Source: Harriotta raleighana (taxonomy: Eukaryota). From it: a stretch of DNA of 64,000 nt. This document shows, one piece after another, positions 26,660-37,110 of the stretch (positions are counted from its first letter, which is position 1; every line of letters starts with the position of its first letter). The notes under the pieces were generated by a model. It had not been told where the DNA came from. It saw only the letters and a program-made list of their open reading frames with translations, and searched no databases. The stretch lies in contig JBNZDD010013572.1 in NCBI GenBank assembly GCA_050575255.1, forward strand, positions 1,296,439-1,360,438. The letters run 5' to 3'. The position numbers and the translations under genes were made by a program.

Positions 26660-27064
26660 GGAAGTGTTAGGAGACTCTCTCTCTTTCTCCGTCTCTTCTG
26701 TTTACCATCAGATTGCTCCGAGATCGAGGAAAGATTGTCCTCCCAAGTATGCATTGCACATGGGGCCGGCCTCCTCCCAAATGGGCATGCACGTGGGCAC
26801 AGCCAGCTGAGGAATCATTTAACTTAGTCGGGGATTGCTGGCATCCTCCCAAATGCTCATGCACGCAGGGCCAGTCAGCCGAGGAATCATCGGACTTAGC
26901 ATTGTCGGGAGCTGCCGGCGTCCTTCCAAATGCGCATGCACGCAGGGCCAGCCAGTGCGTATACGTAAATTTTACTCACGTTATGCCAAAAAAGTGCCAC
27001 ATTTATTTCTTCACGTACAGGCGAATCCGTACTCGAGAAAGTCGCATTCGACAAGGGTTGACTG
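26660..27064. mobile_element. Tigger/pogo-like DNA transposon fragment with internal ~75-bp repeats
   Basis: Right end ..cgacaagggttgactg followed by TA (27065-66); CpG-rich; repeated cctcccaaatgcgcatgcacgcagggccag..gaggaatcat; left TIR not found. Confidence 0.55.
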
Positions 27065-27153
27065 TATAGAGATTCTATTAAGATAAACGAACACTTTTAC
27101 CGTTAATTATATTTATTCTTCCACCTTGCTCCTTCTTTGCCCATCTTCCGGTA

Positions 27154-27375
27154 CCTTAGGACGTCCTTCTGATGTGAAAAGCACTATATACATGTATCAA
27201 TCAATCAATAATTACCTTTATATAGCGCCTTTCACGTCGGGAGGACGTCCCAAGGCGCTGAACAGTCAAGTAGGGATCAGAGCGGGGGGGAGTGGTCAGG
27301 GGAAGGAAAGTAGGAAAATTGACTGTATATTTGTGGGCAAAATGCGGCAGCCGGTGTAATTCTGTTGTTGTTGTT
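27154..27375. mobile_element. Cluster of short L2 tails and a SINE piece
   Basis: Plus tail 27154-27190, minus tail about 27197-27300, minus SINE core about 27313-27352, plus (TTG)n tail. Confidence 0.75.
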
Positions 27376-27677
27376 CAGAACACATATGAAGACTTTCCTC
27401 TTTGACTGTGCCTATGTCTCTGTCTCGGTGTTAAGCAACCCCCATGATAAGCGTTCTGAAATGCTACCTGTGCAAAGGGTGCTAAATAAGTTTTTGTTGT
27501 TTTATTCGGTAAAGCAAGGATCAATGTTGCAGAGTTAAAGAATTTTATTCTGTTCATTTTCATTGTGTAATTCAACAACAACAACAAAATTACATTTGTA
27601 TAATTCAGAGAAACAATGAAAAACGGTTGGTGGTGACCTGAACTCCTCTAACTGCTAAAGCATCAGATGTTTATCTG

Positions 27678-27990
27678 TGAAATCCTGTAGCTCAGAGGTT
27701 AGAGCACTCACCTTGCAAGCGAGGGACCTTGGTTCAATTCCAGGCAGGGAGAAAACTTGGGCAAGCTTCCTTACTCCACACGCCTAATAATAATCCCTCA
27801 AAAAAGAAACAATAATAAATTGGTCATTTCAAACCACGACTATTTGTGGGACAGTACTGTGCACAATTGGCTGCCGCATTTCTCCCACATATATACAGTC
27901 AATTCAATTTATGCGCTTAAATTGAAGCACTTTGAGATATCAAGAAGACATGAAAAGCATGATATTAAATGCAAGAATTATTATTATTAT
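27678..27990 (+). mobile_element. tRNA-Deu SINE, full length
   Basis: Head tcctgtagctcagaggttagagcac..ggttcaattcc, core, (ATT)n tail. Confidence 0.9.
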
Positions 27991-28073
27991 CGTGAGCGGC
28001 TTGTTGAGTATCCTACTACTTAGATGCATATAAAGAAATATCTCACCCAGTTTTTGCTGAATATCGTTCCGTG

Positions 28074-28393
28074 TGGAGCTCCTGTAGCTCAGTGGTTAGA
28101 GGACTCGTCTTACAAGAGTGACACCTGTGTTCGAATCCAGGCAGATCAGGGAGAAACCTTCAGCAAGTTTCCTTCCTCCGCCTAATAATAATCTGTCCAA
28201 AAAACAAACACAATAATAAAATTGGTCATTTCAATGCACGACTGTTTGAGGGACACTGCTGTGTGCAATTGGCAGCCGCATTTCGCCCACAAACATACAA
28301 TCAATTCACTTTACAGTATATTCTGTGAAGCGCTTTGAGACATTGATAAGATGTGAAAAGCAATCTATCAAATGCAAGGATTATTATTATTAT
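28074..28393 (+). mobile_element. tRNA-Deu SINE, full length
   Basis: tggagctcctgtagctcagtggttagag..gttcgaatcc..(ATT)n. Confidence 0.9.
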
Positions 28394-28899
28394 AGAACAC
28401 AGCTATTGAATTAAGATCAGAAATGATTTTGAGTATTTTTATGTTTTGAAAACATCAATAGTTTTTTATGATCCATGATCTGAGTCATTCGATCAGTTAT
28501 GCACATGTTGCCATATCCTCTCCACATGAGTTGATCATTGACGGGACAAATAAATGGCCATTATATTTCTCACCAATTATCTTTTATTTCAAATAATTAC
28601 AATCAATCCATTGCGGCAAACTCCACTGCTTAACAAATTAGTCCTTTCTCTGTGAAATGGATCGCATCATCTCTACTTATCTTGGAAATAACTAGATTTG
28701 TCATTTACTATGGAATCTGATTTCAACATGGTTTGTTGTGTGTTCCTTCACATCACTTTTGATGTGGTTGATCAAGCCCCCAAAACACTATATATACAGT
28801 TATCAAGAGAGAGTACACCATGGCTAAACGGCCATAGAGTGGCCATAGCAATACCTAAAGAGAAATAAATCAGAGGAGAATAAGGAAAGGTCAGGTAAA

Positions 28900-29055
28900 T
28901 AACAACAACAACAACTTTGATTTATATAGCGCCCTCCACGCCGGACGGTGTCTCAGAGCGCAAATGGGAATGATAGATTTATTCTTAAAAGAGCCAGCAC
29001 AGACATGATCGGTTGAATGGCCTTTATCTGTGCTGCAAATGTTTATGGTTGTATG
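28900..29055. mobile_element. Minus-strand L2 tail joined to a plus-strand CR1 3' tail
   Basis: (aac)n tttgatttatatagcgccctcc.. then gagccagcacagacatgatcggttgaatggcct.. Confidence 0.6.
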
Positions 29056-29309
29056 GCAGGACATGTATCTATGTTCCATCACCTGGCTAGTTTGGGTCTT
29101 GACCTAGACTTAAAGATTTTGGTTGTACAAAGATCTTTAGGAGGAAATGTTGAGCTCAGGTTATGGATATCCCCACAGAGGAAGAATCAAATTACTTGAA
29201 ACTCCTCCTGCACAACCCATGCCAACTAGATATGAAGAATTGTGAAGCAAAATAGCCACAGATTAATTTGAAAGAAAACAATGAACCATATTGATTAAGT
29301 ATTGGAAAT

Positions 29310-29455
29310 ATATGCTGTGCTTCCATTATTCACCCACAAATACAGTATACAGTCAATTCACTTTACAGTATATTCTATGAAGCGCTATGAGACGTCGATA
29401 AGATGTGAAAAATGATATATCAAATGCAAGGATTATTGTTATTTTTATTATTATT
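29310..29455 (+). mobile_element. SINE 3' half
   Basis: cagtcaattcactttacagtatattc..gcaaggattattg. Confidence 0.75.
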
Positions 29456-29714
29456 AGACTTGTTTTCTGACTGAGAATTTATATTCGATTAGTGATAACA
29501 GAGTTTTGTACACTATAAACTTTGCAAAATCTTGTAATAGTGTCATTCCAACAGTTTGCTAAATCAAAAGACTGAATTCCACCTAGTATTAGATAATGAG
29601 ATAATGAGACCATTTGTCTTAAAATGTTTAATTCTGAGCAGAATTAATTTAGAGATTTCTTAATTTGGAATCTAACAATTTGCGTTTTTTATTTTTTTTA
29701 AAAAGCTTTCAAAT

Positions 29715-29970
29715 TATTATTAATAATAATGAATAATAATAATGCTTGCATTTGGTTTAGCACCTCTCGCATCCAGAGGACGTCGCAAAGCTCTGCACAT
29801 GATTTACTGTGGAGTTAAGTGACTGTCTATTTGTGAGCAAATATAGCAGCTAATTTTTACACATCTATATCCCACATACAACAAAGACGACAAAATTATA
29901 TTTGTAAAGAGCCTTATTGGGGGATTGTTGTCCAGAACACCAGGAGAATCTCTTTTCAAATACTGTCATT
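29715..29970 (-). mobile_element. Old DeuSINE relic
   Basis: (TAA)n tail, gcagctaatttt, ccagaacaccaggagaa. Confidence 0.6.
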
Positions 29971-31009
29971 GACTGATATTGATTTTGGAGCAATGATGCA
30001 CATTAAGAACACTGCAGTCCACCCCATCAAGTGACTTGAATGCTTGATGTGCAGCATACCAGATCGGATAAAAGATGATTATTTGTATAGGAAGTATGGT
30101 CTGTGTGAAACAATAGCTTCTCAAAATCTGTCCTTTGTTTGAAAAATCACAAATTGATACAAGATGTATCAGGTTGCTATAGAAAGAAATATAAAATTTC
30201 TATTTTGACATTTAGTGCCATTTAAATAGGAAGCTTCATATTACCAGCGGAAATCCATAAGATTTGAAAGCAAATGTTGTTCAGTGATTTCCCAGAATAG
30301 GACAATCAATACACCCGTCAGTCTGCTAGAAATATATGTTGTGTTTTTGTATTAAACTTCAGTGATTTATAAAATGTGTCAAGAGTACATTTTTAATTCC
30401 TGAAGTTATTGCTTTCTTCTTTTAAAATAATTTGCATCTCATTTACACCAGCTCCACCTTGGCAGTGAGCGAGATAGAGAAAAGTGTCTGTCTCAACACA
30501 CGTATTTGGAAATATATCAAATGAATGGTGATGGAACTGCCATAATTTCTCTCTCGCATCATTATTTGTGAAAAACAGAGCACGTAAACAGCACAATGGA
30601 TGCAGCAGTGAATTGTCCTCTGACAAGGAAAAACAGCATTAAGTATTGTTCACTCAAAACTTTGAACGTAGGTGGTTCTGGGTTTGAATCTATTCATGAG
30701 ATCTAATTTGTAGCATTTCTCACTGGTTGAGTTCATTTTCACCTGCAGGTACTCTACTAAGTGCACCCCGGGGAATTATGCAATTACACACCCATGTAAT
30801 TTCACACATAATAAGTTTCAATATGCGTAGGCACATAATATTGTGTAATATGGCCGAACTGCTTCATATTTGCTGTTCTGCCTCTCTTTCCACCGATCAC
30901 TGCACAGCTTCCGGAGGCAGCATTCACTTCCCGCTCTCGCTCTCTTTGTGTTGTTCTCTGTGATGCCTCTGGAGGCGCTACCTCTTTTGAAAGGTACGCA
31001 GGCCAGCTT

Positions 31010-31900
31010 TCCTGTATTTAATAGAGCGTCTTTCGTGTCAGTAGATTGATGCCTTAAAGTGCTTCACAGAATTTACCGCATAGTGTAATATCCGTGTTTT
31101 TGTGGGAGAATACAGAAACCAATTTGTGCACAGCAATGTCCCATAATCAGCCATGAATTAAATAACCAATTGTCGGCCAGGACACGCGGTGAACTTCCTT
31201 CCCTTTTCGAATAGTACCACAAAATCAACCTGAACAGGCAAATGGGACTTCAGCGTGATGGAATGTCAACCTAAACTACACAAGTTCAAATTTCCAATGT
31301 GGTGCTTGAATTCACAGCCTTCTGACTTCGACTGTGAAGTACTAAGAGCTGAGCCAAGCTGACAGCGCTGGGCGACTGCTCGATTATCGGATGTGCTGTC
31401 TTTCAAATGAGACATATCACTTAAGTCCCATCTGCTTGTTCAGGTCGATCCCATGGCAGGAAACTGTACTTGTGTCACAGCCATTTAATTCATGGCTGCT
31501 TGTGGGACATTGTTGTGTACAAATCAGTCCTGCATTTGGCGACAAAAACATAGTTACTGCTCTTTGCAGTAAATTGTGAAGAATTTTAGAAGTTAAGAAA
31601 TCGTAATACAAAATATCACAAATTAAACCATATTTCGTGACATTTTTGATGGTGCTTGCAGTACTTTGCTTCTGTCTGTTCAGGCAGATGTTAATTATCG
31701 AATGATACTCTTTGAAAATGGAAGGGACTTTCTGTTTGCATACTAACCAACAATCCTTCAAATAAATTGATCATATCTTCATTGCTGTTTTTTGCTGACA
31801 GAAACGGCTGCTGTGTTAGCCGGCAAAAACAAATAGTACTTTACAGCAATTAACAATGAAACACTATGAAATGTTTAAATGTGATAAAGCTCTTTCTTAT
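31010..31900. mobile_element. Cluster of three old DeuSINE relics (minus 31010-31365; plus 31385-31600; plus 31680-31900)
   Basis: Deu-like core in both orientations (aatttgtgcacagcaatgtccca; tgtgggacattgttgtgtacaaat). Confidence 0.7.
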
Positions 31901-32108
31901 TTCTGAGCTAAACCAAACTTGGTTTGCTTATTTATTTTGTCTTATTTTGTCTTTATTCTATTATTATTTATTTTATCCCCAAGTAACAATTGGTCGTTCA
32001 CATCATGGTTATGCATGGGGCAATGCTGCAGGGAAATTGTTTGCCAACTTTGTCTGCAAATACACTTCACAGTAAATCTTGTGAAATGCTTTGAGACTCT
32101 TCCTGATA

Positions 32109-32373
32109 TAATAATAATAATTCTTGCATTTGATATAATGCTTTTCACGTTTTCTAGATGTCTCAAAGCGCTTCACAGAATATACTATAAAGTGAATTGA
32201 CTGTATATTTGTGGGCAAATCGCGGCAGCCAATTGCGCACAGCAGTGTTCCACAAACAGTCATAGATTGAAATGAACAATTTTTTTTTGAGGGATCATTA
32301 TTAGGCATGTGGAGTAAGGAACTTGCCCAAGGTTTCACCCTGACCTGCCTGGATTCAAACATAGGTCTCAAGC
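32109..32373 (-). mobile_element. tRNA-Deu SINE
   Basis: Tail, core and partial head match the family. Confidence 0.9.
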
Positions 32374-32949
32374 TACGAAAGGTTTTATACCAAATATAAT
32401 ATTTATCATTACAGTATTAGCATTTAATTTTGGTTGAGTATACCGTTATCAGGATGGTCTTTTTAAGTTAAAGTTGCACAATTCATATTTATGGTGTTTT
32501 AAATGTTGTTTTGCTATGCAATATGGTTGTTGGCAAACCACTGGACCACCCCTGAGTCTGCCTTATGTAAAAGTGTCATGAAATGTTGAACTGCTAATGT
32601 TTATGAAATAATATGGGCACCAATGCTTATACTGAATCTTTTCAGGCTTGGATGTGTTAAGCTCTCTGGGAGCTCAACAGTCAGCAGTCTATTTTCCTGA
32701 AAGTGCCAACAATCCCACTCTCACAATGGAAAGTTTCCCAAATGCTGTGTTATTGGCAGGTAAAATCATTCTGTGTAGAGCTCAATAGCTTGATTAATTC
32801 TCCATGGACGTTGATTAAATGTCAGGAATTTGATCTTGTAGGAAATGAGAAGTAAACATTTAAATCCAGAAGAAAACAGTTTTTCCCTGTGAAGTGTGGA
32901 TTTGATACAAACATTTAAACATTTTATATTAGCCCGCTTTCCATTAAAT

Positions 32950-33302
32950 AATAACAATAATCATTGCTTTTGTTATAGCGCCTTATCACGTCTTTTACAC
33001 GTCTCAAAGCACTTCACAGAATATGCTGTGAAGTGAATTGACTGTATATTTTGTGAAACACGGCAGCCCATTGTGCACAGCAGTGTCCCACAAACAGTGA
33101 CCAAATTTTTTTTTTGAGAGAGGTTATAATCCCAGAAAAGTGATCTGCCAATCAACTAACAACCAGGTTCCTACTAGCTGCTAGATAAACAGAGGCATGT
33201 GGAGTAAGAGAACTTGTCCAACATTTCACCCTACCCAGGAATCTAACCCACGTCCTCTCGCTTGTAAGGCAAGTGTTCTAACCACTAAGACACACTACTC
33301 CA
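32950..33302 (-). mobile_element. tRNA-Deu SINE, long variant
   Basis: Contains the extra segment at 33131-33192 shared with the copy at 9128. Confidence 0.8.
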
Positions 33303-33619
33303 AAATGCATTGTAAAAACATAACTGATGTTATGAACTGCTGGTACAAAATTACATTTATGTTCTTGATTCAAGGACATTTACTATGCAAAACTTCAAAG
33401 TACCTTTAAAAAGTATCGCGGTATAAGTTTATTGGAGAACTGTATGTGAAACTAATTCAGATAGCAAGATAGCCACAGCTGCTCTTCAAGCATAAAAATT
33501 ACAATTTCGACAAATCAGCATTTGTTTTACAGCCAACAGCAAGTTAAGATACCAAAGAAAAGTTAGTTGGTATTATCCAAATTGACTTTTCTAATGAGTC
33601 ACTTCATAATAACAATTAT

Positions 33620-33790
33620 TAATAATAATAATGATCATCCTTACATTTGATAGAGCACATTATCACATTGGTGAGACGTCTCAAAACACTTCACAGTATG
33701 TACTAGAAAGTGATGTGACTGTGTGTATTTTGCGGGTGATTGCGGCAGCCAATTTGTGCACAGCAGTGTCCCACAAACAGTGTCAACAAA
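33620..33790 (-). mobile_element. SINE 3' part
   Basis: gcggcagccaatttgtgcacagcagtgtcccacaaacag plus tail. Confidence 0.75.
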
Positions 33791-34206
33791 TGTAAACTCT
33801 TTACATTTGATAATGTAGTTGAACACATGCAGCTGAGTGTAACATCATATGTTTCTGGCCCAGTAGGAGAAGGCATCTGTCACATTTCTCTAGGCCAAAA
33901 AATTTTATTCACTGAAATGAATTTTGGTACTATTGTATAAAGATGCTTTTCCAAAACATTCACAATTCTAGCAACACCCAAAGAAAAGTCAGACAACAAA
34001 ATAATAACTTCATTTATGTAATGCTTTTCAAAAAGAATAACGTCTTTTGATGCTTCACAGTGGTGGGAGTAGACATTCACATTGATCAAGTTTAACAAAG
34101 TTAATAAACTCTTCAAAACATACCATCAAGTTATCAACAACAACAACAACAAAATTACACTTATCGAGTGCCTTTCACGCCAGGACGACAAATCAATAGT
34201 AGATTC

Positions 34207-34520
34207 GGAGTCCTGTAGCTTGGTGCTTAGAGCACTTGCCTTACAAGCGAGAGACGTGGGTTTGATTCCAGGCAGGGCAATGCCTTGGGCAAGTTTCCTT
34301 ATTCCACACACATAATAATAATCCCTAAAAAAAAACTACAATAAATTGGTCATTTCAATCCACGTCTGTTTGTGGGACACTGCTGTGTGCAATTGGCTGC
34401 TGCATTTCGCCTATATATATATATACACTCAATTCACTTTACAGTATATTCTGTGAAGCGCTTTGAAATGTCTAGAAGATGTGATAAGGTGCAATATCAA
34501 ATGCAATGATTATTATTATT
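34207..34520 (+). mobile_element. tRNA-Deu SINE, full length
   Basis: ggagtcctgtagcttggtgcttagagcac..(ATT)n. Confidence 0.9.
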
Positions 34521-34724
34521 AAAAATATCATTACTGATGGGTCATCATTACAGTATTCTACCACCAAATTCAAAGAGTCAGAAGATTGCAGCACAATCCC
34601 AGCGTCTTGGGACTCCCTCCTGACGTGAAAGGCGCTCTAGAAATGTAATGTTGTTGTTGTTGTTGTTGCAGAGATCTTCAAAATCATTCCAAGAGGTGAA
34701 ACCTTTACCCTAGAGTTCCAAATA

Positions 34725-35058
34725 GAGTAAAACCCTGTTTATCTGGCACGCTCGGGGTGGGGGGGGGGGGGGGGGGGGGGGGGNAAACATGCCATGTTAA
34801 TAATAGACTACATAGTAACAGAATATTGTATGAATATTTACCAATAAAGCATTCCAGCACAGTTGGTAAAAAATCGGTAAAACATTTTTTTTTACCGATC
34901 AGTAAAAAACCCAAGTTTGTAAGTTTACTAAGTGCGCGTGCGCACGCATTGCACGCATGCACAAAGTGAGCAAACTCGCGATTCTGGAATGGGGAATTGC
35001 CCTGGGAGGAGGTCGAGCAATTTGGTTGATCGGGTCATGGATGAACGAGGTCTTACTG
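34725..35058. mobile_element. pogo/Tigger-type MITE, same TIR family as 15016; spans a poly-G/N gap
   Basis: TA + gagtaaaaccctgtttatctgg .. ggatgaacgaggtcttactg + TA; N at 34784. Confidence 0.7.
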
Positions 35059-35657
35059 TATTGGGTAAATGTAGACTACACATTTTTCTTTCATCCAAAA
35101 TAGTTAATTATTGTTTTATCCAGAGTGGTTAATGTAGTTACAAAAGCACAACATCTAAATAAAATTTGAGAACCATGGTATTTACATCTTACTGTCTCTG
35201 ATTTGCAAGAAGACAGTTCCTTATATAACAGTCCAGAGTTACATGTGCAAGATTCTGCCAAAGTGACATCTGTAGCTTCCTGTTTCCAGTTCCACAGCAC
35301 ATATGCTTATAAATAGTACATTTTTTATCTGTGTTGCTTGACTCTACACATGAAGCCATTAACTTCAAGCCCCACTCTTTCTAACATTGAGCCCAATACC
35401 ATTTCTGAGAACACTGCTCAGGATTAGGGGCGAACAATGTACCAATAAAAGGAGTTGCATACTATTGTCATCTGTTGCCAGGTAGCCTATGGTATCTCAA
35501 ACATTCAAAGCAATCTAGCGAACAAGCGGACATACTTACACACTCAGAAAAGATATCTTACCTGCCCTTGGGATGTCCTCCCGACATGAAAGCCACTACA
35601 AAATGCAATTCATGTTGTTTTTGTTCCCTCCCCAACAACCCAGAGTTAATGTAACAA

Positions 35658-35849
35658 CAACTTACATCATAAACAATATCCATTGGAAATGCTCAGATAC
35701 AGAGTTATATGATGTGTTTGCAGATTAAGCAAATGGAGCCCCCATTCACCATANCAAATTACATCATAAACAATATCCATTGGAAATACTCAGATACAGA
35801 GTTATATGATGTGTTTGCAGATTAAGCAAATGGAGCCCCCATTCACCAT
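35658..35849. other. ~96-bp overlap duplication across N 35754
   Basis: Two copies differing at about 2 positions. Confidence 0.85.
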
Positions 35850-36499
35850 AGTACTAGAGTATATAAACAACAAATATCCTTTGATATTTCTCTGGAAAAT
35901 ACCAGAAATAGCTAAATGTCTATCTGTACTACCACAGCCATGGAGTGTTGCTTAATGGATGGGTCTTGCCAAAGTTTACCAACAAAGTTTTCTCAAAGTT
36001 TCTCTTGGTCTAATACATATACTGTATATGTATTTTAGGAATGACAAGGTAAAGCTGATCTGAACAAATTGCCAATTCTGGATGTTCTGAATTGCTAAGT
36101 GAATAAACAAAATCTCAACCCAGATGGAATTTCTACCCAAATCTATAAAAATGCAGAATCACAAAGTTAGGGATAGAGAATAATCAGTGTGAATAGAAGA
36201 TAAATTAGTCTACATGATATCTCATAGGAGAGGGGTTTCAGAGAATCATAAAAACTTAAGGAAAGGAGATGGTAATTGAGACCATGGAGCCTGTTCCCCC
36301 ATAGTGCAGAGATTGCTGGAAATATCTGCACATTGTGTAGTGGCAGGAAAGAAAGAGCTAGTTTTGTAATTCATGTCTCTCGAGATAAAGCATCAGTTTT
36401 GGGATGTAATACTGAATTTGTGCAGAGAAATAGTTCATAGTACTGCACATCAATTTTGGTGGCCATATTACAGTGATGATAGATAAGAATTAAGTACCA

Positions 36500-36692
36500 G
36501 TCAATTGTGCACAGCAGTGTTCAGCAAACAGTCGTGGGTTGAAATGACCAATTTATTGTTATTTTTTTTCTTGGGCGATTATAATCAGGCATATGGAGTA
36601 AGGAAATTTGTCCAATATATTACCCTGCCAGGAATCAAACCCAGTTTTTCAGTTACGAGGTGAGTGCTCTAACTGAGCTATCGGACTCCACT
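36500..36692 (-). mobile_element. tRNA-Deu SINE 5' part
   Basis: Core and head ending ..ctgagctatcggactcca. Confidence 0.8.
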
Positions 36693-36924
36693 TTTAGCTT
36701 CCTCTCCCCTCTACCACTTGTCTCTCGCAGCTCGGACTCCCATTCCTCTGTCGTTCTATAATTCTAAAGTGCTTTTAGATTTATTTCTTACATGAAACAA
36801 CAACTTGCATTTATATAACCCAGTTTCTGTAGAGTAGCATCTTGGAGCACTGTATTGCAGATACCGAGCCAGGGAGAAAGATGTTGTTGAATCCTAATTA
36901 TACAGTTATCATGGTTAAACAATC

Positions 36925-37110
36925 TAGAATGAAGGGAAGCAAACTCAAGCTCTGAAAGAGAACATGGACAGTTTAAGGTGAACTACATGAAACAGACAAT
37001 GGTGAATATGTCGAGTGAACCAAAGTGGGAAGGAGTGGAGGCAGATTGTGTCTAAAAATTCAAGAGGGAATAAGATAGCTATTTAGTGAAGAAATTAATT
37101 GTGGGATGTG
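36925..37110 (+). mobile_element. Old CR1 3' ORF2 remnant
   Basis: gtggaggcagat..ttcaagagggaataagatagctatttag resembles the CR1 C-terminus (VEA..FKRELD.YL). Confidence 0.5.

Noticed and set aside
28074-28145. tRNA genes (Ala/Val-like anticodon loops)
   Set aside because: They lack a proper acceptor stem and run straight into SINE bodies, so they are SINE heads
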